The notes: generated from the letters alone by a model not told the origin. DNA of 64,000 nucleotides from Bilabrum cf. latius (GCA_965178125.1 OZ237759.1:496001-560000); one strand, 5' to 3'. Shown: positions 1-14,547, numbered from the stretch's first letter. A program made the numbers and translations.

Positions 1-3000
1 TTTCTCGATCTCCCGGGCCAGCGCGTCCGAGACCGCCATTGGGTCCCCACCCCCTGGGGCCGCCCGCAGACTCCGGAGCCCGGGAGACACCTCCGGCGCC
101 GCGCGGCAGTCCTCAGCGGAACATCTTGCGACGAGCCTCCACGGCATGGCGCACCTCCAGCCCCGCCTGAGCACCTCCTCCGTGTCCTCCTCCACGTCTA
201 GGCCCCCGTGCCATACCAAGGGGGCTGAAGTTGTCCGGGCCTGGCTGGTGGAACCGCTGCCGTGCAGTGCTCCAAATGTGGCACCTTCGTGCGATGCACC
301 CATGGTGTTTTGTTCCCCGGGGGTAGGGGAGCCCTCACCCAGCAGTGCGGCTCGCACGGATTCGGCTGTGGGCAAAGAGCCGTCAGCCCCTCCGGCGGCC
401 CAGCGAAGCGGAGGCTGCGGCATCGCCAGCTTGACCATTTGCTCCTCCCTCTCGTCGTCGGAGGGGTTCCCCTGGTCCCCGGGTCCCACCACCCTTCGCG
501 CGCACACCTCGTAGCAGCGAACCTTCGCTCCCCTGGACCGCGGCGCGCTCCAGCGCAGCAGCAGAGAGAAGCCCGTCCCCGCCACCACAAGGGGCTGCCC
601 GGGGACACCTGGCTCCAGGGAGGGCAGACGCACTGCATTGCCGCGCACGGACGGCGCGGACCACTCGTCACACCGATTGCCCCTGGCAGATACCCGGAAC
701 TCGTACCTGCGCCCCTGCCGGAGCCCCCTCACGACCGCTTGGCACAGCCTGCCCGCGATGCCCGTGGTCTCTGGTACGAGCGGGCCGGTCACGCCGGCTG
801 TGCCCCTCCCGCTGGCCTGTCTCCTCATTAGAGCGTCCTGGATCTTGGGACCACCAATGCTGTGTGACGAGTGAGTGGCCGGGGGCAGGGGCACGAGGCC
901 ACGTTCCAGTTCCCACGCCCTCTGCCGGTCCTTGGCAAGCAGACCCTGCCTCGCCCCTGCTGCCTCTGCCCCTGCTCCGGCATGCAGGGAGACTTGAAGG
1001 GCCGCTCCATCCGCGACGTCCTCACTCGTCACACCAGACACCCCTGTGCCGGTCCCTGTGCCACTCTATGCTGCTGCCGTGGGTAGCCCCTGGCCCTGCT
1101 CCGATGGAGCCTCTTGCGACCAGCGCAGCTGCTTGGCCTCGCGCTCGCTCAAAACCACCCATGGATTGCGGCCCCGCCCGCTTGCGAGCACTGCGGAATG
1201 CGACTGACCGTCCGAGGCGCCCGATGTGACACTGCCCGCAAGCTGCTCATCTCTCTCGACTCCTTCTCCTCCTCCTTCTTCATTTTCTTGTCCTCCCTGC
1301 AGCAGGGCAGCCTGGTCCCCTGGCTCCCTCAGGATGGCCTCCTCACCGGTTACAACCAATTCCAGCGGAACCACGGCGGCGCCGGGCACGTCCTTCCACC
1401 TCCCGCGCGACACGTACTCTCCTAATCCTAATCCCGGTGCAGCAGCAGCAGCAGATCTAGATGGTGACCCGGGGCGATTGCCCACCACCGCCCCGCGACC
1501 ATGTCCACCTGCGCTAGCATCGTTGACGTCGATCTCAAGGTCAGACGAACCTTCGCTCTCCGCGGCAGGTTCCTCGGGCCTCTTGGTCGCGACCGTGCTC
1601 GCCCAGCCGCACCGCACGAGCAAGTGCCTGGCTTTCTGCGCGGCCTGCAGCACCCGCTCCAGCGCGGCGCCCTCGAGTGCGGAACCTCCTCCCCCACCCC
1701 CACTGCCACCCCCTACTGTCCCGAGTGCGGCGGTCGCTCGTACCAGCTCGGCGGCTTGCTTCCTCGCCTGCTCCTCGAGCAATGCCCGGCCAGCACCCCC
1801 CTTTCCGATGGCCTCCGACCCCCCGTCACCGGCCTCACTCGTCACATGCAGAAGCTCGGAGGTAGTGGCGCTGCCGTGCGACGCTCCGGAATACCGAGGC
1901 TGTTTTCTGCGACCAGTTCCACCCAGCCCTTGGTTCCGCTCTGCGCGGCGCCTGCGGAACCTCCACCCGCCCCACGCGTCGGACTCGCGACCAAAACCCC
2001 TCGCCGCCCGCTCCAGCCCGTCGCTTTCCGACTCCGAGTCGCTCGCGTCGCCGTCGGGCGCGTTCCCGGCGACGGAGCCCGCCGCCAGCCGAAGCGCGGC
2101 GCCGGCCACCCTCTCCTTTAGCGGAACCGGCAGTCCCTCCCAACTGGTCGCAAACGGCCCCTCCCCTCCGCCTCCCTTCACGCCCGTTGCTCCCCTGAAC
2201 CCCACACAGGCCCGCTGCGATCCTCCCAGCAGCACCTCATCGTCTAGGGGATCGATCTGGTCCCACCCCAGTCTGCCAGTGAGGCCACAACCACTGCTGC
2301 TCTCCCCGCCCACAACATCCCTCTCTTCCTCCTCTCCTACCTTGCTCTTTATCTCATCGATTGCGCCACTTGTGCCCAAACTGCCGCTAGCAGCAGCAGC
2401 AGCACTCGTCATCACAGCCCTGGCAGCCGTCAAAGCGCCGGCCACAGGAAGCAAGGGGACCCACTACGGAACCGGCGCCGCGCGCAGCACGTCCATCGGC
2501 TGCTCCACTATAGAGTGCCCCTTGTTCCCCGCGGAGGATCCTGTGTTCCCTGATCCTCGCCGGCCAGCAGCAGCCGCCGAGAACCGGTCCATCGCTAGCG
2601 ATGCTTGGCCCACCATGCCGACGCTGCTGATGTTGGCCCGCTGCCGGCTGCGGGGCCGACTGCCGGAGGATCCACCCTGCCCTAGCCCCGCCGCTTTCGC
2701 CACCCACCAGCGCTACTTCCGGTCTCTTTGGCTGCCCAGCTTGCTGCGGGGTCTTGCAGCCATATACCCGAGGTGCTGGGCCTGGGCCTGCCCCCGATCG
2801 GAGCCGATCCACCGCGTGGCGGAGATTCCCCGTGTGACGAGTGCGCTGCTCGGGACAGCGCCGACAGACTCTCCCAGAGCGAGCTCGGTCTCCGCCGATA
2901 CGCCGGCCCCGGGGTTCCGCTCGTCTCCCCAGCGCGGCGCCGGTCCCCTGCCACGGACGCGCCTGCATTGGATCCGAAACGCCGCCACGCCGCCCCCGAA

Positions 3001-6000
3001 GGAACGCGGAGCCGCCCAGCGCAGGACGACAGCGCCTGACATGGCATGGTGCGGCAGCAAGGATTCGTCGGCAATTCCGAACGTTCGTCGAAGGCCACCG
3101 GTGGAGTACCTCTGGGCCAGTGCATCGAGCCACGGCTCGTTCTCGGGCTTGCGACCAGCCGAAAGCATCTGCTCGAGGGCCCGCTCCCGCAGTTTCCTAC
3201 CCGCAGCTGCTGCCGCACGCCCAAGAGCCTCGATGGCGAACGCAAGAGGAACCGCGAGGGGAGGCAGCGGCCGTGAGGGGGGCAGGAGGGCGGTGCGGGT
3301 GAGACCAGAGGCCAGCGACATGGGCCCCCAGCCCACCACGTTGCGGAACACAACCCGGAACTGGTACCTGGCCCCGGGGCTCAGGCCGCCCACGGCCCAT
3401 GTGAGTACCTGCCCCTGCGAAACCGCCCGCTGCCCCTGCGCCTTGAGACGAGCCGCCTGCAGAAGCTCCTGGTCGGCCTTGGCGGAGTAGTACGACGTGC
3501 GTGCCGCGCCGCTTTGACCACCCTTGGATCCAGGGGACTCGTCATCCACGGACTTATCTGGTGCACGCGCAAGAACTCCGCGCTCGAGCAGGTGCTTTGG
3601 ATCGGCAAGACCGGAACTGAGCCCCGCAGCCGCCCGCGGGTCCACCTCGGCGCTTGCGTCCCGCCACGCGCCCCACACCCCGTCCGGGCTATCGATTCCG
3701 AGCAGTTTCGCGTCTCTGCCGCTGCTCGACGGCACCGGCTTGTTCCCTCGCGCGGCCTCCTGCGCCGCAATGCGATACCCCTCGCACCGCATCAGGGTCT
3801 TCCTCTTGTTCCTCCGCATCGCCTCTGCCCTGGCGGCCGGGGAGGCTCGCGCCAGTTGGGCCCTTGCCAGCCTCTGCTGCTCGGAGGGAACAGGCGGCCG
3901 GAATACCCTGCCTCTGCGGGTGCTGCTGCTTGCGTCGCCTCCGGAGTCGCCCGCAACCGCGCTGCCGTCGCCCGCAACCGATTCCTCCGGTGGCAGTGGC
4001 ACACCCTTCAGGGACCTCCACAGCCCGGGGTCTCCGTCGGACCCGGAATCGGATTCCTCCCGCTTGACCCCGCCGTAGAGCCGCCGCCGCTGCAGCCGCA
4101 TCCCGAGCAGCCTGGACCCGGAATCGAAAGGCGCGAGGCAGTGCAGCACCACGCCCCTCGGGCGGGACAGCGACACCATCGGCGGGTCGGGCTGCAGAGG
4201 CACGGCGGACCGGACCCTCACCCGGCGGGATACGGGGCTGGTCAAACCGGCGCCAGCGGCGTTCGAGTACTGCAGGCGGAAGCAATGCTCGCTGCCGGGA
4301 TACATGTCGCTCAGTGTGACGAGCGCGACGGGACGCAGGCCGGACGGCCGGTCTGCTGGGGGGACGGTCCTAAACTTAGACCGAATCTCGCTCCATGACG
4401 TGTGCCCTCCCCCTTTGGCCACCTCTCGAGGCAGATCCACCGGGACCCATTCGGCCCTGAGCAGTTCTTTGCCAGTGGGCACGTCCCCACGGCCGTTCGA
4501 GACGTCATCCATAGCCCTCTTCTCCCGGAGCACGTCTGCGTCGCTGGGTTCCTTGTTCCCCAACGAACCTTCGGTGGCGGCATCGCCGGGTTGCGAGCCG
4601 GTCTTGACCTGCCACCTCCACAGCTGGCACCCGTCCAGCGCCCGTCCGTTGGAGCGAGGCAATTCCCACGCGACAGTGATGCTGCTTGAATCGGCAGACA
4701 CGGCGACTGGCGCACGGGGCTGCTCCGGCACGTCAGCTGCAGCCCGCGCCACGTCAGAGGGATCGGACCATGGACTCCACCCCACGGCGTTCCTCACGCG
4801 CCACCTCACCTGGTATTTGGCTCCGGGTCGGAGCGCCGTCACGGGCCACTGCAGCACCTGCCCCAGCCTCGCCTGAATATTGGAGTCAGAACCGGCACGC
4901 CCTGCACCCACAAGCGATGATGATGATGATGATGACGATGACCCACGCCTCGTCACCATGGCCATCGGCCTTTCGCTGCTAGAATGCATCCCTGACCTGT
5001 CCGATCGGATCGATGACTCGTCCCTCACCGGTGGGTCTGCATTGCTTGCTTGAACGGGCTAGGTGGCCCTTGTGGTCTCCCCCGCACTCTCCCTATCGAC
5101 CTGCTCCTCCTCTGTGCCCACGGCCAAGGGCAGCATGGTCACCGTGTGCTGCCGGTGCACCTCCCGCAGTGGCACCCTCGTCCTCGGCGCGCCCTCCCCT
5201 TCCCAACCCGGTGCCTCGTATCCATGAAGACGCGAGTCCTGTCGGGCACCCGGAGGGAGCGATTGCGGCAACGGACCCGTTGTTCCCTGAGTTGTTCCCT
5301 GGTTAAGGCCCGCATTCACGGCACGATGCATCACGGTCGCTTCCAGCGGAACATCCTCGGAGGCGCCGCGCAACCCAGAGAGGTCCACCCTCGAGGGCCG
5401 CGCGGGCCGCCTTCGCGGTGGCGCTGGGGGCCGTTTTCGGTCTCCAGCGGCGCTTGGCCTTGCTGGCTGCATTGCCGACCCAGACTCACAACGATCATCC
5501 GAAGTCTCACTGCCTTGCGGCTGCTGGTCTGCAGCAGCTGCGGCAGCAGCTGTCGATGCGCCATCGTGCGATGCACCCGCCCGCTGCGCCGTCCGAAGCG
5601 CCGCCCTCTGCGCCACCGCGCCCGCCGCTTCCTCCCTCCCCAGCACGTGCTCGCCCCTCCTCGAGAACTCGGAATCCAAAATCGCCGCGGGGAGCACCGA
5701 CGCCAGTACCCTGCCAGGGTCAGCGAGCGGCTTGCCACAGTCCGAGACCAGCGCCACCGCTGCCCCTCCCAAAAACTCGCCCCTCCGGACAGCGGCCCCG
5801 GGATCCATCCCCTACGCCGCGTCGATCAGATCCTGGGCCGGAAGTGGGAGCACCATCCAGCGGGGCGGGTCAGCCGCGGGGCCGGGGCACCAGGTCGGGG
5901 GCAGCCCAAAGCCCAGCATGGTGGCTGCCTCAAGCAGGGCCAGCGCTGCAGTGCGATGCATGCCGCGGGTCAGCTGGGGCCCAGCCAGGTTGGGGGGCAG

Positions 6001-9000
6001 GGACACGGGAGCCCCCTCGGTGCTTATCCCAGAGCGGTACGTGGCGAGAGCGGCCTCTGACGACTCCGGTGACTCGGATGAAACGCCTCCCGTGGGGCTG
6101 CTGCCGCGCACCTGCATGCGCTGCACCTGTTCCAGCACCCACCCAAAGTTGAGGGAATCCTGCAGCAGCACGGTGCCCGCCCTAGCGCCTTGTTCCCTGG
6201 AATCGACCGCCCCCAGCTCCCTGGCTCGCTCCCAGGCCGCGGCCGGGTCACCATGCGTGAACCCAGCGGTGCGGCCGAGCTTCCTGGCCCTGACCCGCCT
6301 CCTCATCTGGGCGATGGAGCGCTGCAGCGGCTCCGACCCTGGGATAGTCTGCCATGGGTCCAGCCCACTACGTCGCACGATAAGGCCGTGGGTCCCAGGC
6401 CGCACGGCGTCGTCGTGTCGCCTGGAGTGCGGCTCGAGCTCCAGTGCGGAAGCAGGTGTTGCTGGCGACTCAGTCTCGCTCGGCCTCAGGTCCACGACGC
6501 TGGCGGGCCGTCTCTGAATCTCTGCATACTCTGCGAAATTTCCTGCAGCCCCACCAGCCTCGCCACCATTGCTCCTGCGACTGCCAGAAAATTCTCCCGC
6601 TCCTGCCGCATCGTCATGATCGCGCCCCGCTGTTTGATTACTCGGAGCCAAAATGCTGCGGTGCACCGGGTCACGAGTGGAAGCACGGAACAAACTGGCC
6701 TCGCCCGCACTCGTCACACTAGATGGCACCTCAAAGCCCTCTTCCGACTCTCCCTGCTGGCAATGCGGCTGATTGTGATTGTGCTGGCTGCCAGCGGCGG
6801 GCCTACGCCCCGACGTGGGCAGTGCTGGGGCTGACGCCGGCACCACGCAGCGCATACTGCCTGCACCAGCCCCCTTGGTCCTGCCCTAGTCACTCCTGCT
6901 CTTGCTCCTGCTATTATAGTCAGCACCGATCGTGGTCCAATTGAACCCAGGCTCGGTGGCCAAGTCGCCAAGACCGGGCAAGGTTGCGAAACCAGTGGGG
7001 TCAAACGGCACGTCATCCAGGCCGATCTACGAATCGCCCTCGGCAAGCGAGCGAACCTTCTCTAAAGCTTCACTGAGCTCACTCGGCACCTCGTGCTTCT
7101 TCTGCTCCAGGTGCGCCAGCTTGTCGCTCAGCAATCGGAGCCAGCGCCTCGCGTCCTCCCGCCTGTCCTGGGTCACCTGCCCCATGCCCTCCTGTTGCAG
7201 GAAGGCGAGCGACTCCTCGGTTTCTAGCTCCGAGTCGCTGTCGTCCACGTCCGAGGCCCACTCGGGCCGTCCATGCAACGAGGCCCCCGCCCCCTACGGC
7301 TCCTCTTGCCCTGCGGGCCGCCAGTGAAACGGGGCGCGGATCCGCTTGCGGTTGCGGTGTCCCGGGGTCGAACCCGGCTGCGAGGACGTCCACCTTCTTT
7401 TTCCTGTGCCCTCTACTGACGACCCACCAACAGCCAAGTCGGCCTCATTTCCGGTTTTGGGTTCCTCTTGTTCCCTGGCGTCGCTCCCAGAGTCGCTGGC
7501 CTCGAGCACTCGACGCGTGGGGGCACCCCTGACCCTGCGGATCCGGAATTCAAATCCGAGCACCCCGGCCCCGTTGGTCCTCGGCACGCACCCCACGAGT
7601 CTCGCCGCAGACGGTGCCACCACCAGCACCATGGGCGCGGGGGGCCTCCTGGGCCTTGAGGCCGGCACCCTGAACCAGGAGGATGCCACGGCGTCCCCCC
7701 ACGGCTGCCAGCGGTTGAGGGCGCTCTGGAAGGCAATGGTCGAAGGCGTGAGTCCGGGCTCTGCCTGGGCCGCCAGGCCTAAGGTGTGACGATCGCAGAG
7801 CACCTGGAATCGGACCCGGAATCGGTACCGCGTGCCCGGCAGAAGCGGGGTGCAGTCAGCGTACAGCCCCCTCTGAAGAGACTCCACCATGGCCCCGCTC
7901 GTCTGCCACTTCTCTCCCTCTCCCTCTTTCTCTCCCTCTTCCTCTTCCCCCTTTTCAAATCCAGTCTTACGTGTGCTAGCAGTGTTGGATCCGTCTCCCT
8001 CCTTGCCTTGTGTCCCCTCTGCCCGCTTATAACTCGATCCATCGACGAACGTTCGCTCGTCCTAGAGGAACACCATCTGCAGCTGGCTTTCTTCGCGGTA
8101 CTTGTCCGGGTCACCATCCCTCAGCACTGCCGCCAGCGGTTGCAACCAGGGAGGCGGGGCCGGGTCACCGACCGCAGGGGACAGTGCATCCATGCCTCGG
8201 CTGTGGGCCACCGCGGGGGGCACGATCAGGGCGGCACCCAGCTGCCTGGCAGCTTGCACAGAGCTGTCGTCGGTTCCAAAGAATATGGTCAACGGATCCG
8301 AATGGTCATCCCCCTCGGTAAGTTCCGCAGAGGCGGCGCTGCGCACCCGCATGCCCTCGGCTAGGACGTGCCTGGCTGCCTCCCGGCAGGCATCCACGTC
8401 CGGCTGGCCGCCCCCACCCGATTGCGCGGCGCCTGCGGAACCTGCTTGGTGTGACGGCACCGTGAGCTCCAATGTATCATCACCCCCGCCATATCCACTT
8501 GTTCCCTGGCTCCCATCCAGGGTCCGCCGAGGAAGCAGCCCACGGAGCACAGCCGCGACTTCGCCGACCCTGTGCCTCCAAGGTGTCACTCCGGCGGCAA
8601 GTGACACCACGGGATCTTCTTCATCGGCACCAGCGCCTCGATCCAACCCTCTGCTTCGTTGTTCCCTGGCCCGCTGTTCCCCGAACACGTCTTGCTCCGT
8701 GGCACCGTCCAGAAAATCGCTCCTCTTGCGCTGCGTGCTGGCCTAGAACCGAATGTCCACGGCCGCATTGACCAGGTCCTCAAGATCAGGCTCGGTCCTT
8801 GATTCGTTGCCACTACCGCTCTGATCACGCCGACGCACTGCCGTCTCTCTCGCCAGTGCCTTTTGCAGGTCATGCCATTTCTGAGTCGATCTCTCCCTGA
8901 GCGTCCTCGCGCCCCAGGATGACCCCAGCACGGGGTCATCCCCGGAGAGCACCCGCCGGACCCCTCGCCTAAGCATGCGGAGGAATGGGAAATCCGGAGT

Positions 9001-12000
9001 GGCCCATCCAATTCTGGCTCCGGATTGGTTGCAGTCCCTCCGCCAGGTGCGCACGACCCGCGGCGCGGGCGGGGTCAGTACAGAGGACGATGCGGGGGAC
9101 CGCAGGCCCCACCCGCGGCCGTTCCGGGCCACCACCCTAAACCGGAAGACCCACCCGGAGTTGACCCCGGGGATGGTCAGCGAGTGCACGCCGGGGGGCA
9201 GCGAGTCCACGACGGTCTCCCACCTTGGCGGCGGGGCGCTGGCTTCCCGCGCTAGCTGGGAATGCATGCCGACACCTCGGCCGTGAACAGAGCTGAATTT
9301 CTCGTTCCCCTAGGGGATCATCTGACCAGCCATGCCATCTTCATCTCCATATTCATTCGCATCCTCGCCCTCTTCCTCATCCGATGTCGACTCGTCTAGC
9401 GATTCCTCCTCATCTTGTTCGTCTTCAACGTCATCGCTACCGCGCGATGTGCCTGGCCCTGTGCTGCTGCCACCACCCTTACTGTCATCTCGACGGCTCC
9501 ACCTGCCTTGACCAGCCACCCTTCTTGCATCCTCTTTGGCCACCTGCCCCTCCAATGATCGGAGCATGGCAAGGTCAACTCCCAGCGCACCAGCAGCGCG
9601 CATCATTCCAGAACCAAGATCAGAAGCATCCGTTGTCGTCTGCCGTGCACCGGCATGCGATGCACCTGTCCGATCAACGGCATTGGCAGCACCCTGCTAC
9701 CTCGACTAATTCTTGCTCCGAATTGCCACGTCATCTCGCTGGCGGTGCAGCGCGACTTGCCGCTGAGCATGGGGTGAGTCCCTCTCCACCGCCTCCTGCG
9801 CCTTCTCCTCTCGCCTTTCTTCTGCTGACAGCAGCCCGGGCCTTGAAGTGATCGACTGTCTGCCTGCATTCTCCGAAGATAGGTTCGTCCCATGGCGCAG
9901 GATGCCTCGAGTGGGACCAAAACCAGTCGAGGCCTTTGACGAAGAGGCAGCAACCCGCCGTGCAGCCTCAACCAGCACGCTCCCGCTCGCCCTCACTGGG
10001 TCAATCCAGGAGAGAGAAGACGACGATGACGACTACACGGAGTGCTGAAACTCAACGGATCCGTTGGATCCTGCCTGCACGACCCCGAGTGCCTCGATCT
10101 TGGTCGATCTCGGCCTCAACCGTCCGAGCGGGCCCGCGATACTCGACCGCACCAGGCCCAGCCGCCGCTGCGGATCCAGATCTGCCGCCGGTCCCCCCAG
10201 CACCCTCGTAGGGAGCTGCTCGGTGACTTCACTGCTCCCACCACCATGCTGCCGCCCCGATCCTGACCCCTCCGAGATGGACGGGCTCGAGAGGGGTACC
10301 TCCCCCTCCTGCCCTGTCTGCCCTGTCTCCACAGCGTCGATGTTGATGGACTGCTCGCCGTACCCCTCCAAGTCGACCTGTTTGCTGTTGGCGGCGGCGT
10401 CATTCCTTCGCATCCGCATCACTCGACGAGTTCTCCGCCGCTCTGCCTTGTGCCAGGCCCACAGGATCTGGCGCTCTACGGCGTCTGACTCAGGATAACG
10501 ACTACGACTGCTCAGCCGCTCGTCTCCTCCGGCCTCCCCAGGACGACTCGCAGTCTCTGGGCCTCCTGCATGCTGCTGCATCACCAACTCGATCGGAGGG
10601 AGCACTCTGTTGCTACTCTCCGCGTCAGTCTCCAGAATACCATCGGCGTCTGCGTCTGCACCAGACTATCCCGCCAGCATGCGTTCTCTGGCAATCTGTC
10701 GACTCTGCCTCTGCTGTTGTTCCCTGGCATGCATGGACGCATTCAAGCGCGCAGTGGTGCTCGCACTCGCTGGACGATCTGCTCTGGACCCTATCTGCAT
10801 TGCATTGCGGCGAAACGCCTCCTCGTATTCGAACGTCGCCAGCGCCAGCTCGGGACACGCTGCCTCCCACTCGCGCCTGTACTTGCGAATCCGGTCTTCT
10901 TTCGCTCTCTGCTCGGCCACTCTGGCGATTTCTAACGTGTGCTTCCCATCCAAGTATATTTGGCGCTTCTGCATGACCCACGGCTCCCAGCGGAAGAGAC
11001 CTTCGCCGTACCACCGCCCCGTCCCGTCAGTCACCATGACCCCACCTAAGCTGGTGCTGGACAGGTCCTGCAGCCTCGGCTCTGCCTGGGAGACAAGGTG
11101 GCCAAACTCGCCCTTTGACTCGCTGGAGCTACTCCCTTGGCCACCCATCCGCACCCGGGCCCCACCCGATGCCCCTGTCACGGTCGCAGATGCACCCCTG
11201 CCGCCGACGGGGGCCGGCCCCAGCATGGCTCGGGCGGCCGCGGCTGCCCCACTAGGATCCACCATGGTATTCCCGCACTCACTGACAAGGGTCCACCAAG
11301 ACGGCATGTTCTACTTATTCTGTGCATTGCCTTGTTCCTTGGAATCGTGATCCCTTATTTCTTGTTCCCTGACGAACGGCTGGCTGGGCAGCCGAAGGGA
11401 CAGCTTTCTCAGCCCGCCGATCTCACCCCCTGATGAGCCCGCCGTCCCGGCTATTACCCCCGTACCAGCTCCAGACCGGGGCGTCCCCCCACGCCGGGGT
11501 CTATCTAGCTCCGAGTCCTCCCCCCTACCACCGGTCACCGCCCTCACGGCGAATGGAGCGGCCGCGCGCCTGACGATGCGGTCCTCATCGCTGGAGGAGC
11601 TCCCGTCCTCTGCCCCATCGCCCTCCCCATGATATCGTTTGCTCGATCCATCGTTTTCTATTCCATCATGCACCCTGTCATCTACATCCGATTCCGAGTC
11701 CCCGAGCATGACCCCAGGAGGGGGCCGGAAGCCGGACCGGATTGCAACCAAAGTGGCCGTGCTGGCAGTGGCACCCCCGGGCACTGCACCTGGAGTCGCC
11801 GATGCGCGGCTGCCTGCAGCACCCATGCTGGATTGCGATGCGTCCGCTAGACCCACTGCGCCGCCCATGGAGCCGCTTTCTGGCACTACGTCTTTCCAAT
11901 TGCCTGACTGTTTGCCACCCATGCGCAAGTCCTGCTCGCCGTCGCCCTAGTCCTCGCCCTAGTCGTCGCCATCATCGCTGCCATCGCTATCTGATTCCGA

Positions 12001-13570
12001 ATCTGATTCCGAGTCCGACAGGCCGCTGTGAAGGCTGTCAAGAATGCACGATGTCGGAACCTGCACCTCCTCCCCTGCCTCTGCCCCTGCCTGCCCTTCC
12101 TGGCTGGACCCATCGCTTCCTCTCTGCTGGGCCGATGGACCTAGTCCCTTCACTTTGCCTGATTGAATCGCATGCCTTGCAGCCGCCACCATCCAAGGCG
12201 GGTAGGCCAGCATCTCCACCCTCCAAGCGCTGATGGGGGCCCCGTTTGTGGAGGGCACGGGGTCGCCCCACCGGATCCTGACGCTGTGAGATGAGGCATC
12301 TTCGATGACCGGAGCAAGGGCCGCGCACGGTACGCTCGCCGGCATGCGGAACCGGCGCCACGCACTGAAGGGGCCGTACCCCACGAGCGAGTGCGCCCTG
12401 CATCGCACTGCAAACTCCGTGTCTGGTCTCAGCTCGCCCACCTGCACCCTGCCCCCGTCCCTGTCGCTGCCGGCCCCAGGGAACAACGAATACCCGTCCC
12501 CCCTGCACCACCCCAGCACCCTGGGTACCGTCGCCTCCTACGGCTGCAGCTGCATGGCCCGCTCGAGGAGCCAGTTGGCTGGGCCCTCGGGTTCCAGTCC
12601 ATGCCTGTGGCCGGTCCGCGCCTCGGCCTGCTCTTCCGGCCGGAGGGACCAGGACCAGGGAACCAGACGATTCGGAATCAGATCTCGATTTCGATCAGAT
12701 GTGCCTCTGGTGCCAGCCCCAGTGGACGCTCGACTGGTCCCGGCGGACACGGTGTGACGAGTGACTGTCCCTGGGCTGCCTGGTGACCCCGAAGCGCGGG
12801 AGGCCGCTAGCGATGGCAATGGCGACGATGCCTTCGCGGCTAGCTCTGCTCTCCGACCGAGGCACACCATCTGAATCTCGTAGTGATCGACCACCATTCC
12901 ATCGGCGAAAGGTGGCTTGCACTGGAAGGCCGCGCTGTACGGAGTGAGCAGAGCTACCTGTGGCGGAGCAGGTGCCTCGGGGAGGCCACCGAGCAGCTGC
13001 ACGGCGCTCCTGTGCCGATACTGCAGGGCGCATTCCAGCGGTCTCTATCCGGTCTCGTTCAATGCTTGCGGGTCTGCACCTGCCTGCAGCAGCGTGTGCA
13101 CGACCCCCGGGTGCCCGCAAGCCGCGGCGAAGTGTAGAGGCGTGTCACCAGTTTTCTGCGATGTAAGGACAAATAAGTGGCCAATTCGCTGGATATACAC
13201 ACCAATCGTGCATATATACACTCCAAGATCCTTCGACTTACCCGCCGGACAACACCAACGCTTGCACCCAGCTCGATCAGAACAGCAACCATCTCCTCCA
13301 GGCCATTCCCGGCTGCCGCATGGAGGGCTGTATACCCCAACCGCTGCAAGACAAAATTCATCGTCGTTAAATTCAATCAGCCTACTATCGGTGGAATGGT
13401 TTGATGTATTCAATGCTAGTGATGGAAATGAACGGTGTCGCAACGGTCACCAGACTCACAGGGTGAAATACATTGACATTCTGCGCCCTTTTTACCCTTC
13501 GCCTGATCTCCTTGATGTCATTAGTTGCTGCTCGAAGTACGAACCCCTCACCGCCCAGAGTATCCGCCAT
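1..13570 (-). CDS. Giant ankyrin-repeat + multiple fibronectin type III domain protein (>4,400 aa, 3' end outside window); exons 13570-13460, 13343-13242, 13155-<1
   Basis: Seventeen minus-strand track ORFs (ending at 13045, 12538, 11959, 11311, 10666, 10033, 9706, 9310, 8743, 8062, 7294, 7027, 5812, 5059, 2713, 2464, 1066) share one frame and all end in TAG. I found no in-frame TAA/TGA from 13155 to 1. Two GT-AG introns (13459-13344, 13241-13156) join ankyrin repeats (LGYTALHAAAGNG, TGDTPLHFAAACGH, NETG[TAG]RPLECA). FN3 motifs include LRPGAKYQVRWRVRNAVGWSPWS, LSPGARYQFRVVFRNVVGWGPMS and LRQGRRYEFRVSARG. Confidence 0.88.
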
Positions 13571-13783
13571 TGTAGTGGCACAAACGCCCCATTTGCACTT
13601 GGTAGCAGTGCACTGCTGCGACTAGAAGCAGAAAGGCAAGTGTATGCCTGCAAAGGAAGGTCCGGCAAAAAGTAGACGCCTCAATTCAAGTGCGTTCCGT
13701 TGATTGTGGACTTACATTGTCGTAGCTGGCTATCGAAGGCCAGGTGGCTTCGGAAGGGCCCTGGCAAACCTTGACAGGGCATC

Positions 13784-14372
13784 ATGGAAAAACCTAGTGC
13801 TTCATCGAGTTCATCAAGAGCGTCATAGTCAGCGTCGCAATGGACGCTTGAATCTCTACCACCAAGATTTATTACTGGGCCCGGAACCTCTGCGGTAAGT
13901 CGCATGCAACAGAAATTTCGCTCAATCCGTCCAGATTCCTAGAATCCCTTATACTGCCATCCTACACGCCCGCACCGCATCGCAGGATATAGTGGATCTG
14001 GTGTCTGCCGAGCAAAAACTGCATGCTGAGATCGAAGGGCGGCTTCGAGCAGAGTACTCACGCACCGGCGCGAGCTTCACCGAAGACGAGCTTGCCGCTG
14101 ATGTTGAAATGGAGAAGCTGAGGATCCGATGTTTTGAGCATAGAAGGGATCTGCACCCAACCTTCATTAGTGGGGAAGACCCCGTGGAGCACTGGGCGAC
14201 TATCAGAGTCCCGGCAGACGAAGAGGCAGCAACGACGCTCGCTCACGCCGTCAGCCAAAAGCAAAGCGTGGCTTTGGATGTCCTTGCGTCGGGCAAGTTG
14301 CCAGCGAGCGACATGATACTGGGAAAGTCTGTAGCCAGCGAAGGAAAAGGGCGGCGAGCAGTCCGAAGATAA
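13784..14372 (+). CDS. Hypothetical protein (~165 aa); exons 13784-13894, 13986-14372
   Basis: ATG at 13784, one in-frame TAG, GTAAGT donor at 13895, CAG acceptor ending at 13985, phase-0 join into the 13992..14372 ORF, TAA stop. Lies head-to-head with the ankyrin/FN3 gene. Confidence 0.65.
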
Positions 14373-14547
14373 CCCAAAGAGTTTTTTGGATGAAGCAAAG
14401 CGGTGTGGCCCGGACGAGCGATTGATTGCGGCGTGCCACTGGCAGTGACAGCATTACTTTGTCAGTGTCACTAGGCCGATGCCTCATCCAAATGAACGGA
14501 AGCATATTCATACTGGGATTCTGTGTTTAATGCTGAAGGGCGAGCCA

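Noticed and set aside
1226-3490. 754-aa plus-strand ORF and many other long overlapping ORFs in the track (e.g. 5050..6060, 14479..15468, 36615..37613, 54453..55409, 56735..57829)
   Set aside because: They are antisense or off-frame shadows of real GC-rich genes and have no recognisable motifs.
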